Shown here: one piece after another, positions 21,144 through 31,224 of the stretch | How positions within the stretch are numbered: the stretch's first letter is position 1 | How the letters are laid out: the number at the start of each line of letters is the position of its first letter | DNA from: a virus | Taxonomy: Duplodnaviria; Caudoviricetes | Virus record (IMG/VR): IMGVR_UViG_3300010340_000989 | Coordinates: 32,001 to 96,000 of that record | Direction: 5' to 3' (one strand) | Length of the DNA stretch: 64,000 nt | Notes under the pieces: model-generated | Databases searched by the model: none | What the model was told of the DNA's origin: nothing | Seen by the model: only the letters and a program-made list of their open reading frames with translations | Position numbers and translations under genes: made by a program

Positions 21144-21767
21144 TTAGTCTTCTTTCTTCTTCTTTTTGAATCGACTTCTATATCCTTTGAAATTAGGATT
21201 CTTTTTAGGTTCTTTTAATCTAAATGTGACAACTTTTTTACCATTTATTGTTGGCATTCCTGTTTCATCTTTGTCAATCTTCTTGATAACAGTTTTCTTA
21301 TTTTTAAATCGTCCCATATATACAGTATCTCCAACTTCAACATCGATAGTTATTTTCTCAGATAAAGGTTTTTTCTCATACCAAAGTCCTAGTTCCAATA
21401 CTTGATTTGTAGTCAATGCTTTTTTTACTTCATCTAATAAATTAACACCGTCCCAATTAAAATTATCATAATCATCTCCATATTCACCAGGAACCTCTGA
21501 TAAGAAATATCCCTCATCTTCTAAAAATGAATTTAAATGATCAAGTAAAGGTAATAATAATCTAAGTTCTTTATGTGTGAAGTCTATAAAGGTAATATCA
21601 ACATATGAATTCTTAGTTTTGGATTTTTTAGAATCCCACAAATAGTTTATAATATTTAATTTCCCTGTTCCTAAATCAAAAAAATCTGATAATATTAATT
21701 TACATTCTTGTATAATATATTCTTCATTAGATTCTTTAATAAATTGAACAAATTTAGATATTTTCAT
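21144..21767 (-). CDS. Putative internal head protein with C-terminal SH3/KOW-like basic domain
   Basis: MKISKFVQFIKES; HLNSFLEDEGY; VEVGDTVYMGRFKNKK; TAATATATA at 21772-21780. Confidence 0.6.
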   Translation of the reverse strand: MKISKFVQFIKESNEEYIIQECKLILSDFFDLGTGKLNIINYLWDSKKSKTKNSYVDITFIDFTHKELRLLLPLLDHLNSFLEDEGYFLSEVPGEYGDDYDNFNWDGVNLLDEVKKALTTNQVLELGLWYEKKPLSEKITIDVEVGDTVYMGRFKNKKTVIKKIDKDETGMPTINGKKVVTFRLKEPKKNPNFKGYRSRFKKKKKED

Positions 21768-21777
21768 TAAGTATATA

Positions 21778-22041
21778 TTAGATACCTAGAATTGATAAAT
21801 TTAACTCACGAAGATCCATAATATCATCTTTGTGTAGTTCATATCCTCTATAATCACCATCATCTAAATCATCGAATATATAAAATACCCAGTGATCATT
21901 AAGAAATGTTCCAGTCCATATAAATGCTAGATTGTATATTTTATTTTTGGTAAGCAACTTCTTACCAAAGAATATTGATGATTCTTTAGCATAAATATCT
22001 TCACCAATATATTTAATCTTATTTATCTTCAAGTATATCAT
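21778..22041 (-). CDS. Small LTxxKxY-family protein with C-terminal tag
   Basis: LTKNKIY; ends LRELNLSILGI. Confidence 0.6.
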   Translation of the reverse strand: MIYLKINKIKYIGEDIYAKESSIFFGKKLLTKNKIYNLAFIWTGTFLNDHWVFYIFDDLDDGDYRGYELHKDDIMDLRELNLSILGI

Positions 22042-22543
22042 CTATTTTACCGTCTCGAGTTGCTGCCTTGCTAACAGTTTTTTTCAACTGCGTGATATAA
22101 TTATCATATTTATCATTTAATTCTTTTTCTGAGAAATATTTATTTCTTTTTTCTAAAAAGTCGAATATATCTTTTTGAATACTTTTTGATTCATCAACCC
22201 AACTAATAAAATAAAAAGAATCTACTTCTCTTGTGTAATAATTAGTATCATGAGAAATTATCATTTTTGTTAAATATTTATCTGACTCATATCCCCAAAG
22301 TGATGTTTCCGCCTTTTTAAAAATATCGACATGGAACTTAAATTGCATGTCTTTTTTTCTAATATCAAAACTATATTTAACAATTCTACCTTCAAATGTG
22401 GATTCACTATACTGTGGGTGAATATACTTAATAGATGATATATTATCCGGTCTGATCCACATATCATCTTCAAAAGAAATAACGGATTGATAAACTGTTG
22501 TTAATAAGTCTTTTAGTTTTTCATTTTTCATTTTATTCTTCAT
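22019..22543 (-). CDS. Hypothetical protein with C-terminal tag
   Basis: ends TRDGKIDDILEDK. Confidence 0.7.
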   Translation of the reverse strand: MKNKMKNEKLKDLLTTVYQSVISFEDDMWIRPDNISSIKYIHPQYSESTFEGRIVKYSFDIRKKDMQFKFHVDIFKKAETSLWGYESDKYLTKMIISHDTNYYTREVDSFYFISWVDESKSIQKDIFDFLEKRNKYFSEKELNDKYDNYITQLKKTVSKAATRDGKIDDILEDK

Positions 22544-22820
22544 TTAATATGTTTTTTAGTTTGGCTTCTCGAAAAATTTGAGTAAATTTTTTATTATCAG
22601 ATAGTCCAATTATCTCATGTCTTTTATAAGAATAAAGTCTATTTTGGTTCATTTCATAAAAAACAACATCTCCATCATAGAATTCAACATAAATAAATCT
22701 ATCATCTAGTAATTTAGAAAATTTTATCTTACTAATACTAGTGCCAGGATATTGTTCGTGTATTATATCCTTAATGTTCATGATTACATTTTTTATGGTG
22801 TCTATAATCTCTAATACCAA
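22533..22820 (-). CDS. Hypothetical protein with C-terminal tag (start may be the later Met)
   Basis: ends FREAKLKNILNEE. Confidence 0.65.
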   Translation of the reverse strand: MVLEIIDTIKNVIMNIKDIIHEQYPGTSISKIKFSKLLDDRFIYVEFYDGDVVFYEMNQNRLYSYKRHEIIGLSDNKKFTQIFREAKLKNILNEE

Positions 22821-23022
22821 TTACTAAAGATGTGATTCCAATTATAGCCCAGATAAAAGCCAAAATCGGATTATGCATTAATTCATCAATCCAAGATTGA
22901 TGTTCATGAGATTCCATTGAATATGTTATTAAAAACATAGATTGGACAAATTGAATAATATGTGTTATTCCGTGTAGTAAATTTAAAACTCCAACCGAAA
23001 TAAGAAATAGTGATTTATTCAT
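22771..23022 (-). CDS. Small two-TM membrane protein
   Basis: Two hydrophobic segments, His-rich loop and tail. Confidence 0.65.
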   Translation of the reverse strand: MNKSLFLISVGVLNLLHGITHIIQFVQSMFLITYSMESHEHQSWIDELMHNPILAFIWAIIGITSLVIGIRDYRHHKKCNHEH

Positions 23023-23206
23023 TATTTAATATGTTATTAAGTGATATTTCTCTATATTCATCTATATCATAGAAATTATTAAAATCTGTTGTAATGATCT
23101 TATTTCTATCCGAAACTATTTTATATCTACAAGGCTTTACTTCAAGAACTTCATATGATTTACCCTTTGTTAGGTTATCTGTTTGTTTTTTCGATATTAC
23201 TATCAT
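23015..23206 (-). CDS. Small LTxGKxY-family protein with C-terminal tag
   Basis: LTKGKSYEV; ends YREISLNNILNNE. Confidence 0.65.
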   Translation of the reverse strand: MIVISKKQTDNLTKGKSYEVLEVKPCRYKIVSDRNKIITTDFNNFYDIDEYREISLNNILNNE

Positions 23207-23450
23207 TTAAAATTTTATTAAGTTTATAGTCACGAATTTCTCTTTCAAATTTTATTCTCGAATATGTATATGTTGCTAATGTCCTAGACTTATGATTCAA
23301 AACTAATTTTATTGTAAATGATTCATTATAATTTTGATGAAAATACATAGCCTCAATAATTTCTTTATCTTTTAACTTGGTCTTTGATAGTGTATTTTTG
23401 ATAAACCCTTCATCAAATCCCATATTTTTTAGTTTATCATCTATCCTCAT
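23175..23450 (-). CDS. Hypothetical protein with C-terminal tag
   Basis: IRDYKLNKILND. Confidence 0.65.
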   Translation of the reverse strand: MRIDDKLKNMGFDEGFIKNTLSKTKLKDKEIIEAMYFHQNYNESFTIKLVLNHKSRTLATYTYSRIKFEREIRDYKLNKILNDSNIEKTNR

Positions 23451-23709
23451 TTAAAATTTTATTAATTTTATAATCTCTTATAACAGGATTAATTTTATCT
23501 AAAATAAGTTTAACATGACTGCCATTTCCACTAGTATATCCAGAATAATACTCTGAAGCATTAATATCCCAATCTTTAATTAAATTAAAAATCACCTCAA
23601 AAAGTTCTGATTCAATTTCGTCTCTTGATGGACTTGGCATACCTGTAATACCTGTATTAGGTTTGGATGGTATGGGTGGTGTCGGAAATTTATTAGCTTT
23701 TATATTCAT
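23437..23709 (-). CDS. Hypothetical protein with C-terminal tag
   Basis: ends IRDYKINKILNEDR. Confidence 0.65.
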   Translation of the reverse strand: MNIKANKFPTPPIPSKPNTGITGMPSPSRDEIESELFEVIFNLIKDWDINASEYYSGYTSGNGSHVKLILDKINPVIRDYKINKILNEDR

Positions 23710-23935
23710 TTGAGAGTATTATTTTAAATTTATTATCTCTTATCATTTCTTTTGTTAAAGGTTTTAACCTTTTTTGATCAGAACACCAAAAACATCTATT
23801 ACCTTCATGTTGATAATGAAATGTAAATGTATATGAACAATCTTCACAATAATATTCTTCACATTTATCACAAACATCTTCAAAGATATTAAGTGAATAA
23901 CAAATATGACAATATTTGACTTCTTCTGACATCAA
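23693..23935 (-). CDS. Cys-rich Zn-finger protein with C-terminal tag
   Basis: Four CxxC pairs; IRDNKFKIIL. Confidence 0.65.
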   Translation of the reverse strand: MMSEEVKYCHICYSLNIFEDVCDKCEEYYCEDCSYTFTFHYQHEGNRCFWCSDQKRLKPLTKEMIRDNKFKIILSNEYKS

Positions 23936-24087
23936 TCAACTTTTGAATCTGATAAAAAAACATCTAAAATTTTAAGTATAATGAGTTTTATTTCAGCTAA
24001 TTGACCTTCCTGATATTTTGTTTTTTCTTTTATAGATTCAAAAAAAGCTTTTCGTTCTAAAAGGTATTTATATATTTCCATTTCCAT
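23932..24087 (-). CDS. Small hypothetical protein (not in ORF track)
   Basis: 51 aa MEMEIYKYLLERKAFF...; fills operon gap, stop overlaps next start. Confidence 0.5.
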   Translation of the reverse strand: MEMEIYKYLLERKAFFESIKEKTKYQEGQLAEIKLIILKILDVFLSDSKVD

Positions 24088-24108
24088 TTTATATATCTTT
24101 AAGTTATT

Positions 24109-24471
24109 TTATTTACCATAAACAAACCAAATTGGCTTTACTGATGCAAACATTCCCCAATCCTCGCTACCTACCCCACATCTTTCGGTTGATATTTCAA
24201 AAGCTACTTTTGTAGAACCATCAGTATCTGGTTCGATACCATTTGGAACTTTGTTATTTTCCCACCATCCCCAAGCAAAATCAATAGTTTGTTGAATATT
24301 AAATTTATAGGGAAATTTTTCACATTTATCAGAATATTTGGATAAAAATAGTTCGTTATTTTTTATTTTATATCCATCACATTTTTGATCTATTTGATCT
24401 AAAAAAATAAGACGAAACGCTTGTTCAAAAGATTCTTTAGATGTATTCCTAACTATTACTTCTATATTCAT
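24109..24471 (-). CDS. Hypothetical phage protein
   Basis: ORF 120 aa, first in operon. Confidence 0.7.
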   Translation of the reverse strand: MNIEVIVRNTSKESFEQAFRLIFLDQIDQKCDGYKIKNNELFLSKYSDKCEKFPYKFNIQQTIDFAWGWWENNKVPNGIEPDTDGSTKVAFEISTERCGVGSEDWGMFASVKPIWFVYGK

Positions 24472-24484
24472 ATTTAATTTTTTT

Positions 24485-24511
24485 CAAATATAGTTAAAAT
24501 TTTAATATATA
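24485..24511. promoter_or_regulatory. Back-to-back promoters: TATATTTG (minus, 24485-24492) and TAATATATA (plus, 24503-24511)
   Basis: Both motifs in a 46-bp divergent gap. Confidence 0.6.
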
Positions 24512-24517
24512 ACAAAT

Positions 24518-24769
24518 ATGAATCTAATGAAATTTGAAAATTTTAAAAGCAGAGGCGAAATAAGAAAAGAAGCTGATCAACTTCTTGGTAATCTACATGC
24601 AGCCTTACTTGGTAATATTGCTTATGATAATAGAGAAAATATTAAAAAATCAGTAGAAAATATTAAAAATTCTAATATAAATTGGGATAAAGATGTTGTA
24701 AAATCTGTTAGAGAAAAGTATAATGAATTAATGAAAGCATTAGAATGGCATATGAATAATTGGAATTAA
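24518..24769 (+). CDS. Putative internal head protein
   Basis: MNLMKFENF; late motif upstream. Confidence 0.6.
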   Translation: MNLMKFENFKSRGEIRKEADQLLGNLHAALLGNIAYDNRENIKKSVENIKNSNINWDKDVVKSVREKYNELMKALEWHMNNWN

Positions 24770-24990
24770 ATTAAAATTGACAACTTTTTATCTCTATATT
24801 CAGTCAAACTTAAAAATCTATTTGAACAATAATAGAAAGATTCTCCAACATCATTAGTTATTAAATACTCTTTTAAATCTTTTATAGAATCAATATTTTT
24901 CGAAACAAAATATTTCTCACCGATTGTTAAATTAACTATATCACTTGATGCACCATCACAAACACCATTATTAATACAAACTACCCACAT
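24766..24990 (-). CDS. Small LTxGxKY-family protein with C-terminal tag
   Basis: VVCINN, LTIGEKY; ends YRDKKLSILI. Confidence 0.65.
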   Translation of the reverse strand: MWVVCINNGVCDGASSDIVNLTIGEKYFVSKNIDSIKDLKEYLITNDVGESFYYCSNRFLSLTEYRDKKLSILI

Positions 24991-25319
24991 AAACTATGTA
25001 TTTTTTGGGATCTGATAATATCTCTATTATAATAGAGATATAGTTTTTCATATTCAGGAATGTCACATTCTATCCAAATTGTTCTATCACTGCCATAAAC
25101 TATCTCTGGTAAATACTTTTCAAGAGGTTTGGCATTATAGTTAGTTCCTAATACATACCATTTGTTATCTATTCTCTTCCAATTCACTGATATACCAAAC
25201 CAAACAACCTCACCATTTTTATATTCGACTCTTTGTGTATTGTATGGTCTAATTGATGTGTTTTCAATTGAGTATTCAAATTCAAAATGTTCCGTTTTAT
25301 TTACTAGATTTATAGTCAT
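24981..25319 (-). CDS. Hypothetical protein with C-terminal tag
   Basis: ends IRSQKIHSLCG. Confidence 0.65.
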   Translation of the reverse strand: MTINLVNKTEHFEFEYSIENTSIRPYNTQRVEYKNGEVVWFGISVNWKRIDNKWYVLGTNYNAKPLEKYLPEIVYGSDRTIWIECDIPEYEKLYLYYNRDIIRSQKIHSLCG

Positions 25320-25680
25320 TATATAATTCTTTTATTTTATTGAATTTCTTATAATTTTCAAAAACATCTGATAAATCTGGATGAATTATAGAATCGACAT
25401 TTGATTTTGTAAAAAACGGATTTGTAGAGCATATAATTTTTTCCGAACTTCTAATAAATTGATATTGTTTTAGATACTTTTTCATAATTGTCGTGCAAAG
25501 TAGTTCATAATGTGAATAAAGTTTGTTCTTTTTAGTAAAAGGGAATAGTTTATAAACTTTTATAAGTTCTATAATTCTGGATTCATCATCAATATTTTCA
25601 AAATCAAAATTACTAAGATCTATAAAAGGTATATTATCACTTTTTAGTAAATTAAAAAACACTTCTAAAAAATTATTCAT
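25297..25680 (-). CDS. Hypothetical protein
   Basis: ORF in overlapping operon; weak tag KKFNKIKEL. Confidence 0.6.
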   Translation of the reverse strand: MNNFLEVFFNLLKSDNIPFIDLSNFDFENIDDESRIIELIKVYKLFPFTKKNKLYSHYELLCTTIMKKYLKQYQFIRSSEKIICSTNPFFTKSNVDSIIHPDLSDVFENYKKFNKIKELYNDYKSSK

Positions 25681-25982
25681 TCTATCAAAAAATCTATTTT
25701 ATATTCTCTTTCTAATGTGAGAATTTTTAACCAAGTTCCTGTTAAATCACTATTATTATAAATATATCCATCTATTTTACCATAATTGGATTTTTTAAAA
25801 TCTGATACTAATACATCTCTAATTTCATTCTCATTCGGACATTTAAAATTATTTTCTTCACAAGGTCTATCTAGTATATATGCGTTACTTAGATATAAGT
25901 AATCGGAAATAACTTTGAATACAGAATATTCTAAATTTTGATTATCAATATAAGTTAATTTAATTTTTTCAACTTTTATCAT
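25677..25982 (-). CDS. Hypothetical protein with C-terminal tag
   Basis: ends EREYKIDFLIE. Confidence 0.65.
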   Translation of the reverse strand: MIKVEKIKLTYIDNQNLEYSVFKVISDYLYLSNAYILDRPCEENNFKCPNENEIRDVLVSDFKKSNYGKIDGYIYNNSDLTGTWLKILTLEREYKIDFLIE

Positions 25983-26247
25983 TTAATAAATCATTAATTT
26001 TAATATCTCTGTTTTTAATAGTTGTTGGTGGTAGTTTTTTAACATCTTCAATTGTTTGAATAACTTGTTCAGGATTTAGATATCCCATAACATCATTTGT
26101 TATTGGAGTTTCATAACATATCTCATAATCTTCTTCTTCTCCAATTAAAATAGCGATTTCATATAAACCATTTAGACCACCATAAGAGAATTCATTTGAT
26201 ATTATACTAATACCATATCCATTTGAGTAAAAATATTTTTGATCCAT
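25969..26247 (-). CDS. Phage protein (NGYGISII...GLYEIA...TPITNDVMGYL) with C-terminal tag
   Basis: Domain resembles a widespread phage family; ends NRDIKINDLL. Confidence 0.7.
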   Translation of the reverse strand: MDQKYFYSNGYGISIISNEFSYGGLNGLYEIAILIGEEEDYEICYETPITNDVMGYLNPEQVIQTIEDVKKLPPTTIKNRDIKINDLLNDKS

Positions 26248-26319
26248 TTATGATTATATTTAAGATAAACTAATAGTTGTTATTCGATATATTTTATTAT
26301 TTTAATATATAACAAATAT

Positions 26320-27018
26320 ATGAAATATTTAAAAAGATTCAAACAAATTTGTAAGAAAAATCAATTTATTAAAGAATCTAATCAGAAATTCGATGGTGAT
26401 GATAGATGGGTGGAATATGATCCTGCAGATAGTGGAATATCAGCTAAACGAATATGGAGATACCCTATATCTAGTAGATTCAATTGTTTAGTAAGAATGA
26501 CGGGTCAGAATGGATTTTATGATTTTGTTTTTTATTTCGAAGATATAGAATTAGATCGAAGATATTTTATGGATTATCTATATAAGGAACCTATTTCATA
26601 TAGAGGTTATAGAAAATTAAATTCTAATAATGCGATAGAAATATGTAAAGATCAATTGGATTTTTATAAACAAATAGAGCTTTTCCCAACAGAAAATGAG
26701 ATAAAAGAGTCACTTTATGTTTTTAAAGATGAGGATATTTACTTAAATGAAGATGGTGAAATAAAATATGGATATAGATACGAAAAATCATCTGATCCTG
26801 ATAACTCTGATTTAGTAGAGTGGCATTATAGAAAATTCAATGCAGGATTTATATGTGCTTTCATTATGGAAAAATATGAAAACAAATTTCCAGATAATAT
26901 TTCATCGCTAATAAATGAATTTAAATTTAATATTGAGAATATTACTAACAATGAATATGAGATAGAATATTATATTGATACTAGAGGATTGGTAATAATA
27001 TTAGACCCATCATATTGA
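26320..27018 (+). CDS. Putative internal head protein, paralog of 29833..30483
   Basis: MKYLKRF...FIKES; shares PTExEIKE and DTRGL with 29833; TAATATATA at 26303-26311. Confidence 0.65.
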   Translation: MKYLKRFKQICKKNQFIKESNQKFDGDDRWVEYDPADSGISAKRIWRYPISSRFNCLVRMTGQNGFYDFVFYFEDIELDRRYFMDYLYKEPISYRGYRKLNSNNAIEICKDQLDFYKQIELFPTENEIKESLYVFKDEDIYLNEDGEIKYGYRYEKSSDPDNSDLVEWHYRKFNAGFICAFIMEKYENKFPDNISSLINEFKFNIENITNNEYEIEYYIDTRGLVIILDPSY

Positions 27019-27030
27019 TGGGTCTAATTT
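27001..27030. terminator. Hairpin terminator between convergent genes
   Basis: TTAGACCCATCA-TAT-TGATGGGTCTAA. Confidence 0.7.
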
Positions 27031-27033
27031 AAT

Positions 27034-27213
27034 TTAATTTTCTAATACTTTATCGATATTAGCTTCTCTAATTTTTGCTCGAATCCAAGAAGTATCTTTT
27101 TCTAAGTCACTATCTGTAATAGATAATTGATCCATAATTGTTTTTAACAGAAGATTTCTGTTTTCATAGTAATAGCTTTGTTTTTCTGACATTTCGCCTT
27201 CTTGTGAAATCAT
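27034..27213 (-). CDS. Small protein with C-terminal tag (not in ORF track)
   Basis: 59 aa MISQEGEMSEK...IREANIDKVLEN. Confidence 0.6.
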   Translation of the reverse strand: MISQEGEMSEKQSYYYENRNLLLKTIMDQLSITDSDLEKDTSWIRAKIREANIDKVLEN

Positions 27214-27249
27214 AATATTTATTTATTTTATTAGTTATAATTTTTATTT

Positions 27250-27495
27250 TTAAATAAGTTGATCTAATAATTGATCAATTATTAAATCTCTTTTATTTTT
27301 AATCCACTCTTTATATAACTCAATTTTAACTATTTCAAACCAATAACTGCCAGGAAATCCATGATTTCCTATTTTAATATCGATATACACATAACCAATT
27401 TTAAATGATTCACAAAATGTATCAAGACCATGATGATCGTTATAAGAACGACATTCTTGTAAAAATTTTGTCAATAACTTTTCATTAACTTCCAT
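27250..27495 (-). CDS. Hypothetical protein with C-terminal tag
   Basis: KRDLIIDQLL. Confidence 0.65.
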   Translation of the reverse strand: MEVNEKLLTKFLQECRSYNDHHGLDTFCESFKIGYVYIDIKIGNHGFPGSYWFEIVKIELYKEWIKNKRDLIIDQLLDQLI

Positions 27496-27619
27496 TGAGT
27501 CTTTTTATTTAATTAATTGAATTTTTTCTTTTTAACTCACATTCGAATTTATATAATTAAAATATTAAAAGTTTTATATATACATTATCATTGATAAATG
27601 TTAAAAAATAAATAAATTT

Positions 27620-27904
27620 ATGCATATAAAGAAATTTAACAATTTAGAACCACTAAATGAAGCAACTACTGAAAGTTATAAATACAAAAATGAACCTAAT
27701 CCTATTATTGATAAGTCTAAAAATTGGATAATTAATAACCCAAATCTTGCTAGAACAAAACCAGAAGATGCTGATTTTTTTAAAATTGAAGTTTTCGGAT
27801 ATAATCATAAAAAAGTTGCTGATGATCTTTATGAATCTCTTAAAGAGAGTGGATTTTTAGATAAATATCCTTTATTTTCAATAAAAATATCACCTATGCA
27901 ATGA
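27620..27904 (+). CDS. Putative internal head protein
   Basis: MHIKKFNNLEPLNE. Confidence 0.6.
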   Translation: MHIKKFNNLEPLNEATTESYKYKNEPNPIIDKSKNWIINNPNLARTKPEDADFFKIEVFGYNHKKVADDLYESLKESGFLDKYPLFSIKISPMQ

Positions 27905-28248
27905 TTTATATTAAAACATTTTTAGAAAGTAAAGGCAAGAGTATTGGAGAAGATAGAGATATTAAAGATATTATTCTTAATTTAAAGAATATATCAAAAG
28001 AAAGAAAAGAAGAAGCTCTAACTTTACTAAAACCATATACAAAGGCAGGAAATTCTAAGATAACAGAATTAAATCTTTCTAAAATTTTGATAGATAAGTT
28101 AGAAAAAGGTGGATATCCATCGGGATTTAGTATGGGTATTGATAAAAATGGATATTTTATTCATACACATAGAGCTCGTAGTAAAAGTTATGAAAGTCCA
28201 GACAAAATACCAGTAAAGGATATAAAATTTATAGACTCAACAGGATGA
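27901..28248 (+). CDS. Putative internal head protein
   Basis: MIYIKTFLES; HTHRARSKSY. Confidence 0.6.
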   Translation: MIYIKTFLESKGKSIGEDRDIKDIILNLKNISKERKEEALTLLKPYTKAGNSKITELNLSKILIDKLEKGGYPSGFSMGIDKNGYFIHTHRARSKSYESPDKIPVKDIKFIDSTG

Positions 28249-28586
28249 CAAAATTAGAATTTATAAATAATCAACATGATTATATACAAAAAACAATTCA
28301 AAATATTGAAGATGTTATTATTAATCGACAATCATCAACTTTCGAAACTAAAGAATCTTTAAATAATTTATTAGTTTATTTTAAAATTCACTTTTATACA
28401 GAAGAATTATTGATGAGTGGTGATCCAATTAATACTAAACATAAAATAGATCATAATGTTGTAATTTCATTTATCGAAGATGCTCTTAAAAAAGAACATA
28501 TAGAAGTTGAATCTATTCTTTTTTTAAAGAAATGGGGTGAAGAACATTATACAAATTTCGATAAACTTTTATTAGAAAATATATGA
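28245..28586 (+). CDS. Bacteriohemerythrin-like protein
   Basis: QH...HFYTEELLM...HKIDH...WGEEHYTNFD di-iron ligand pattern. Confidence 0.8.
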   Translation: MTKLEFINNQHDYIQKTIQNIEDVIINRQSSTFETKESLNNLLVYFKIHFYTEELLMSGDPINTKHKIDHNVVISFIEDALKKEHIEVESILFLKKWGEEHYTNFDKLLLENI

Positions 28587-29233
28587 AATCATATAAACAA
28601 TTTATTAATGAATCCAAAAACTCTATTGAATCTATTTGTGATAAATATGGTATAAAAAACTATACAATTAATTCTGATGGAAGTATTGATGTTGATGGTG
28701 ATGTTAATTTAAATTATAATAATTTAACTAAAATACCATTAAGGTTTAGAAATGTTGGTGGTGATTTTTATTGTCAATTTAATGAATTAACTACATTAGA
28801 GTATTGTCCTCAAAGTGTTGAAGGTAATTTTTATTGTTCTTATAACAAATTAACTTCATTACAAGGTTGTCCTAGAAAAGTTGTAGGTAATTTTTCTTGT
28901 TCTGATAATCAAATAGTTTCATTAGAAGGAATTTCTGAAAGTAGTATAGGTATTAATTTTTATTGTAATTCTAATAAAATTACTGATTTCAAAGGAGTAT
29001 CTGAATTTTTTGAAGGTGATCTTATATGTCAAGGTAATCCAATATATGAAATACATTGTCTATTTAACCATACACGCCAAAGTTCTATTCATTCAAGTTA
29101 CATTAAATGGATTAATGAATATGATGTTATACAGGGGAATAAAATAATTATGGATCGATTGGAAGAAGTTTATCATCAATTTAATATTGAAATACCAAAA
29201 AATATAACATTTAGGAATTATGAAATCATATAA
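28583..29233 (+). CDS. LRR-like protein with capsid-targeting-like N-terminus
   Basis: MKSYKQFINES; 22-aa LTSLxGCPxxVxGNFxC repeats. Confidence 0.75.
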   Translation: MKSYKQFINESKNSIESICDKYGIKNYTINSDGSIDVDGDVNLNYNNLTKIPLRFRNVGGDFYCQFNELTTLEYCPQSVEGNFYCSYNKLTSLQGCPRKVVGNFSCSDNQIVSLEGISESSIGINFYCNSNKITDFKGVSEFFEGDLICQGNPIYEIHCLFNHTRQSSIHSSYIKWINEYDVIQGNKIIMDRLEEVYHQFNIEIPKNITFRNYEII

Positions 29234-29846
29234 ACAATTTATAAAAGAGTCCAAAAACTCTATTGAATCTATTTGTAAAGAATATGGTATAACTAATTAT
29301 ACTATCAATGAAGATGGATCTATTGATGTTGATGGTGATGTAGATTTAAATAATTGTTTCTTAGAAAAGATTCCATTAAAATTTCGAAATGTTACTGGTC
29401 ATTTTAATTGTAGTCATAATAATTTAATATCATTAGAGGGTTGTCCAATAAGTGTTGGTTATAATTTTTTTTGTAAGTATAGTAAATTAACATCATTAGA
29501 AGGTTGTCCTAAAAATGTTGGTGGTAATTTTTATTGTGGTTATAATCAATTAACTTCATTAGAAGGTTGTCCCGAAAGTAGTGATATATTACATTGTGTT
29601 TTTAATAAAATAACAGATTTCAAAGGAATATCCGAATTTTTTGAAGGTGATCTTATGTGTCATGAAAATCCTATATTTGAAATATATGGTTTATTTAGAC
29701 AAAATTTTAATTGCATTAAATGGATTAATGAATTCGATGTCATTCGAGGAAATAAAGTGGTTATGGATTTATTAGAAGAAGTGTTTCACCAATTAAATTT
29801 GGAAATACCAGAAAATATAGAATTCAAGAATTATGAAATCATATAA
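29220..29846 (+). CDS. LRR-like protein with capsid-targeting-like N-terminus, tandem paralog
   Basis: MKSYKQFIKES; LTSLEGCP repeats. Confidence 0.75.
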   Translation: MKSYKQFIKESKNSIESICKEYGITNYTINEDGSIDVDGDVDLNNCFLEKIPLKFRNVTGHFNCSHNNLISLEGCPISVGYNFFCKYSKLTSLEGCPKNVGGNFYCGYNQLTSLEGCPESSDILHCVFNKITDFKGISEFFEGDLMCHENPIFEIYGLFRQNFNCIKWINEFDVIRGNKVVMDLLEEVFHQLNLEIPENIEFKNYEII

Positions 29847-30483
29847 ACAATTTATTAATGAATCGATAATTAATATTTATTTCCCATTATCTTGGAAAGA
29901 ATTAGATCCTAAAAAAGAAGGTATATCTGCTGATCAAATGTATAAAAGACCTTTATCAAAAAAAGGATTTTATTGTATGGTTTTAGTAAGGTCTGATGGT
30001 AAAACTCACACATTCTATATTGAAGATGATATGGGAACATACACATTTATGGATTATGTAGGTGAAAAATCTATAGCATTAGATATAAATAAGATTATAA
30101 CTCTACAAGAAGCTTATGAATTATGTGAAAGGCAATTAGATTATTATAATAAAATGGAAAAATTACCAACCGAAGAGGAAATAAAAGAATTCTTTTATAT
30201 TTTTTCAGATGAAAATATTGACACCACTAATTATGATATTAAATATGGTTATGAAAGTGGTAGAATATCAGATGAAAATAATTATGAAATGGTTTTGTAT
30301 CACAGACCAAGATTTAATAGTAATTTTATATGTGTTTTATCATTTAATGATGATGAATTCGATTTTACAAATATCGAAAGTATGATTCATGAATTTAAAG
30401 TTAATATTGAAGATATTAAAAATACTGATTATAAGATACAATATTTTAAAGATACAAGAGGTCTTTTAATTGTTATTAGTTGA
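29833..30483 (+). CDS. Putative internal head protein, paralog of 26320..27018
   Basis: MKSYKQFINES. Confidence 0.65.
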   Translation: MKSYKQFINESIINIYFPLSWKELDPKKEGISADQMYKRPLSKKGFYCMVLVRSDGKTHTFYIEDDMGTYTFMDYVGEKSIALDINKIITLQEAYELCERQLDYYNKMEKLPTEEEIKEFFYIFSDENIDTTNYDIKYGYESGRISDENNYEMVLYHRPRFNSNFICVLSFNDDEFDFTNIESMIHEFKVNIEDIKNTDYKIQYFKDTRGLLIVIS

Positions 30484-31224
30484 TTTAGTCAATTCTTTTT
30501 CCACTCTTTTTTTAGCTAATTCAAAATATTTTTCCTCAAATTCAATACCTATAAAGTTTCTGTTTAGATTTATACAAGCAATAGCTGTTGTTCCGCTACC
30601 CATTGTATTATCTAATACTAATTCACCTTCATTTGTATATGTTTTAACCAAATACTCAAAAAGTGGTATCGGTTTAATTGTTGGATGTAATCCACTTGTA
30701 TCTGTATTAAATTTTTGCCAACTTGATGGAACTCTTAAATCAGATAATTTATTTTTAGATCTACCTTCAAACTCTCTATAATTTTCTGATTTACTTTCAA
30801 ATTTAACATTATATTTTACTCTATCAAGACCAGATCCTGTTCTTTCTTGCATTTGTTTATTATAAGTCCATTTTCCTTTACTAAAGACTAATACCTGTTC
30901 GTGCTCTTTCATAGGTTCTCTTATTGTATTTGCAAAGTTACTGCCTCTATTTTTTATCCAAATCCATTCATGTTTAAAGTATTTTGGCTGACTCATAACC
31001 AATGCACTTGAAAATGGTTGTGATGCAGTTAATACAATAACACCCGTAGGTTTTAATAATTTCCAATATAGTTCCCACATTGGTTCAAAAGGAATTATTG
31101 CATCCCATTTATTACTTGTAGTTCCATATGGTAAATCTGCAAGTATCATATCAACTATAATACCCTCATTTACCATTTTTTGCATTTCTACAAGTGTCTC
31201 ACCTTGTCTTAAATCTATATTCAT
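30466..31224 (-). CDS. N4-C/N6-A DNA methyltransferase (beta class)
   Basis: DLPYG, HPTIKP, VLDNTMGSGTT, FIGIE. Confidence 0.9.
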   Translation of the reverse strand: MNIDLRQGETLVEMQKMVNEGIIVDMILADLPYGTTSNKWDAIIPFEPMWELYWKLLKPTGVIVLTASQPFSSALVMSQPKYFKHEWIWIKNRGSNFANTIREPMKEHEQVLVFSKGKWTYNKQMQERTGSGLDRVKYNVKFESKSENYREFEGRSKNKLSDLRVPSSWQKFNTDTSGLHPTIKPIPLFEYLVKTYTNEGELVLDNTMGSGTTAIACINLNRNFIGIEFEEKYFELAKKRVEKELTKSTNNN

